This document shows, piece by piece, positions 62,265 through 64,000 of a stretch of 64,000 nt of DNA. The notes beneath the pieces are model-generated. The model ran no database searches and had not been told where the DNA came from. It saw only the letters and a program-made list of their open reading frames with translations. Numbering within the stretch: position 1 is the stretch's first letter; the number at the start of each line of letters is the position of its first letter. Source of the DNA: Mesotaenium endlicherianum (taxonomy: Eukaryota); NCBI GenBank assembly GCA_009602735.1, contig WELA01001939.1, positions 798,629-862,628 on the forward strand, read 5' to 3'. A program made the position numbers and the translations under genes.

Positions 62265-63161
62265 TTGGACTCTAATGCCAGCAGTGATCAATCTGGAGAG
62301 AGCTCTTTCGAGGAGGAAGAAAATGACGATGTTCCAGTTGCTGTCAACATGGTGGAAGTGGAGGATGAGGTGGAAGAGGCCCAGGAGGAAGAAGTGTGGG
62401 ACTGGCAGCTAGCAGCTGCTGGACATTCCTATGATGAGGAGCTGCTTGCTGCAACTCAGTAAGAGCAATCACCATGGTCTTATTGGCACCTTTGACAAAA
62501 GATCCCGAGCTCTCTCTCTATTTGGAATGTTTTGTATACCAATGCCTATCTGGTTCTTTGAGCAGCTAGCTGTTGAGACCAATAAATATGCCACTCTCAG
62601 TGGAGCCAAAAGTTGGTTGCCTGTTACTTGCACAGAGATAGTAATATTCCATGGCCTGTGCATGGCTATGGAGCTGCATCATGCATGCATTGTCAAGACT
62701 GGGTAAACATTGGCAGAAAAGCCAAGACTTGGTAAATATTGGCAGAAAAGTGTGAAGGGCCCTCTTACTCTCCCTAATTTTGGTAGATTCATGAGTAGAA
62801 ACAGATTCAAAGATTTTAGAAGATACTTTCATGTCAATGACAATAAGAACGAAGGCTGCTTTCCTAGAGACTCTAGTGAGAATAAATTGTGGCAACTGCA
62901 GCCTTTCACAGATATTGGCCACCAAACATTCGCACAGTATTATAGCCCTGGACTGAACATGTCTGTGGATGAACGAACAATCCCAATCAAAAATAGAACA
63001 TGCCCCATTAGAGTGTACAACCCTTCCAAGCCTTACAAGTATGGCATAGAAGTGTTCACAATTTGGATGCCATTACTGACTTTTGTTATGCATTTATAAT
63101 CTACGACAGAGTCAAGTTTCTTGGTCAATAGACACAGGTTGTACTAGACTTAGTGAGTATG
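62265..63161 (+). pseudogene. piggyBac-like (DDE_Tnp_1_7/PGBD-type) transposase pseudogene interrupted by an LTR element
   Basis: FFEQLAVETNKYA, WLPVTCTEI, MSRNRFKDFRRYFH, YYSPGLNMSVDERTIP, YNPSKPYKYGIEVF are PGBD-type motifs; frameshifts and stops present; cut at 63162 by TGTAATG. Confidence 0.9.
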
Positions 63162-64000
63162 TGTAATGAATCGGTATATTAGTAGATATAATATTCATTT
63201 AAATATAATAGTTATTTAAGTTCAGCCTACTTAACTTTAGTCATTAGTCAGTCTGCTGGATTATATCTTTAATACCAGTTTAATGACTCAGCCAAAATCA
63301 GCAGGTTGAAGTCCATATAAGTCAGCTTGCTGACACATTCTTTGACAGCCAGCTGACTTCCGTACTCGGTAGCAGCGAACTGCCTTGATATGCATCTAAG
63401 TACGATATGCTAGATGAATGGCCAGATGACATCCCTATGATGGATGGCTATTCGGGATGATGGGAGATGGCGGTGGATTTGGTTAACCGAGGTCCTACCA
63501 ACGTGGTTAACTTCCGGGTAGGCGGTGCCATCGCACTGGCCGTTGAACAGTAAACTCATTCCATGTACATATTCTAGGCATTGCTCTCGAGTTCGGCATT
63601 CGGAAACGAGGCCAACTCTCCTGCACAGCTTACTGAGAGAGATATGAATCCAAGGCGAGAAGCCATTGATACGCACTGTCTTCTAACCTTGCTTATGTAT
63701 GAGTTTATTGATTTGCATTAGTGATGCTAGTTTACTCGCATTTGACTTACGAGTATTATTCACTGCTAGTGTGTTGTCCTTTGCCGTTTAACCAGTTAAC
63801 GGAAAATACCATAAAGATTACTTGCTGATATAAAGATCTTTATTAATTGTTAATCGCCTATTTGGTAAGTCGATTCATTTCAGTGGTATCGGAGCGGTTA
63901 TCACAGTCTTCTTTGTATGGTAAGGACAAGGTCTCAAACTAGCAACTCCCGAGACATGGAGAACCAGGATAACAAGAATGTCAAAAACCAGGCGGAAAGC
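63162..64000 (+). mobile_element. 5' end of an LTR retrotransposon (family B): LTR 63162-63882, PBS, candidate gag start
   Basis: Inverted termini TGTAATGAATCG / CGATTCATTTCA; PBS TGGTATCGGAGC at 63884-63895; ATG at 63956 open to the window end. Superfamily cannot be determined here. Confidence 0.9.

Overview
Eukaryotic, intron-rich green-plant nuclear DNA, most likely a non-seed streptophyte such as a charophyte alga (inferred from gene content and microsatellite-rich introns; not certain). Most six-frame ORFs are spurious reads through introns. By manual splicing (GT-AG, phase-consistent) I reconstruct five host genes: SF3A2 (minus, 3' end runs off the window), a plastid NTF2/SnoaL-like gene (plus, head-to-head with SF3A2), RGP1 (plus, 12+ exons), a DUF506 gene (minus) and HCF244/Ycf39 (minus, 9 exons). 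A possible decayed spliced gene lies at about 59.3-61.3 kb. About 31-47.5 kb is a nest of decayed transposons: a truncated Ty3/gypsy element, solo LTRs with target-site duplications (TSDs), a second Ty3 RT remnant, an integrase remnant ending in a PHD finger, two small 8-bp-TSD insertions and a piggyBac remnant. At 62-64 kb a second piggyBac remnant is interrupted by the 5' LTR of another retrotransposon. The most unusual observations are: (i) degenerate copies of the intron 3' end or acceptor junction repeated just upstream of real acceptors in four introns of three genes, strongest in the U2 snRNP gene SF3A2; (ii) a steep intragenic GC3 rise in internal exons; (iii) the PHD-finger integrase; (iv) piggyBac relics in a plant-lineage genome. 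I found no RNA genes or CRISPR arrays.
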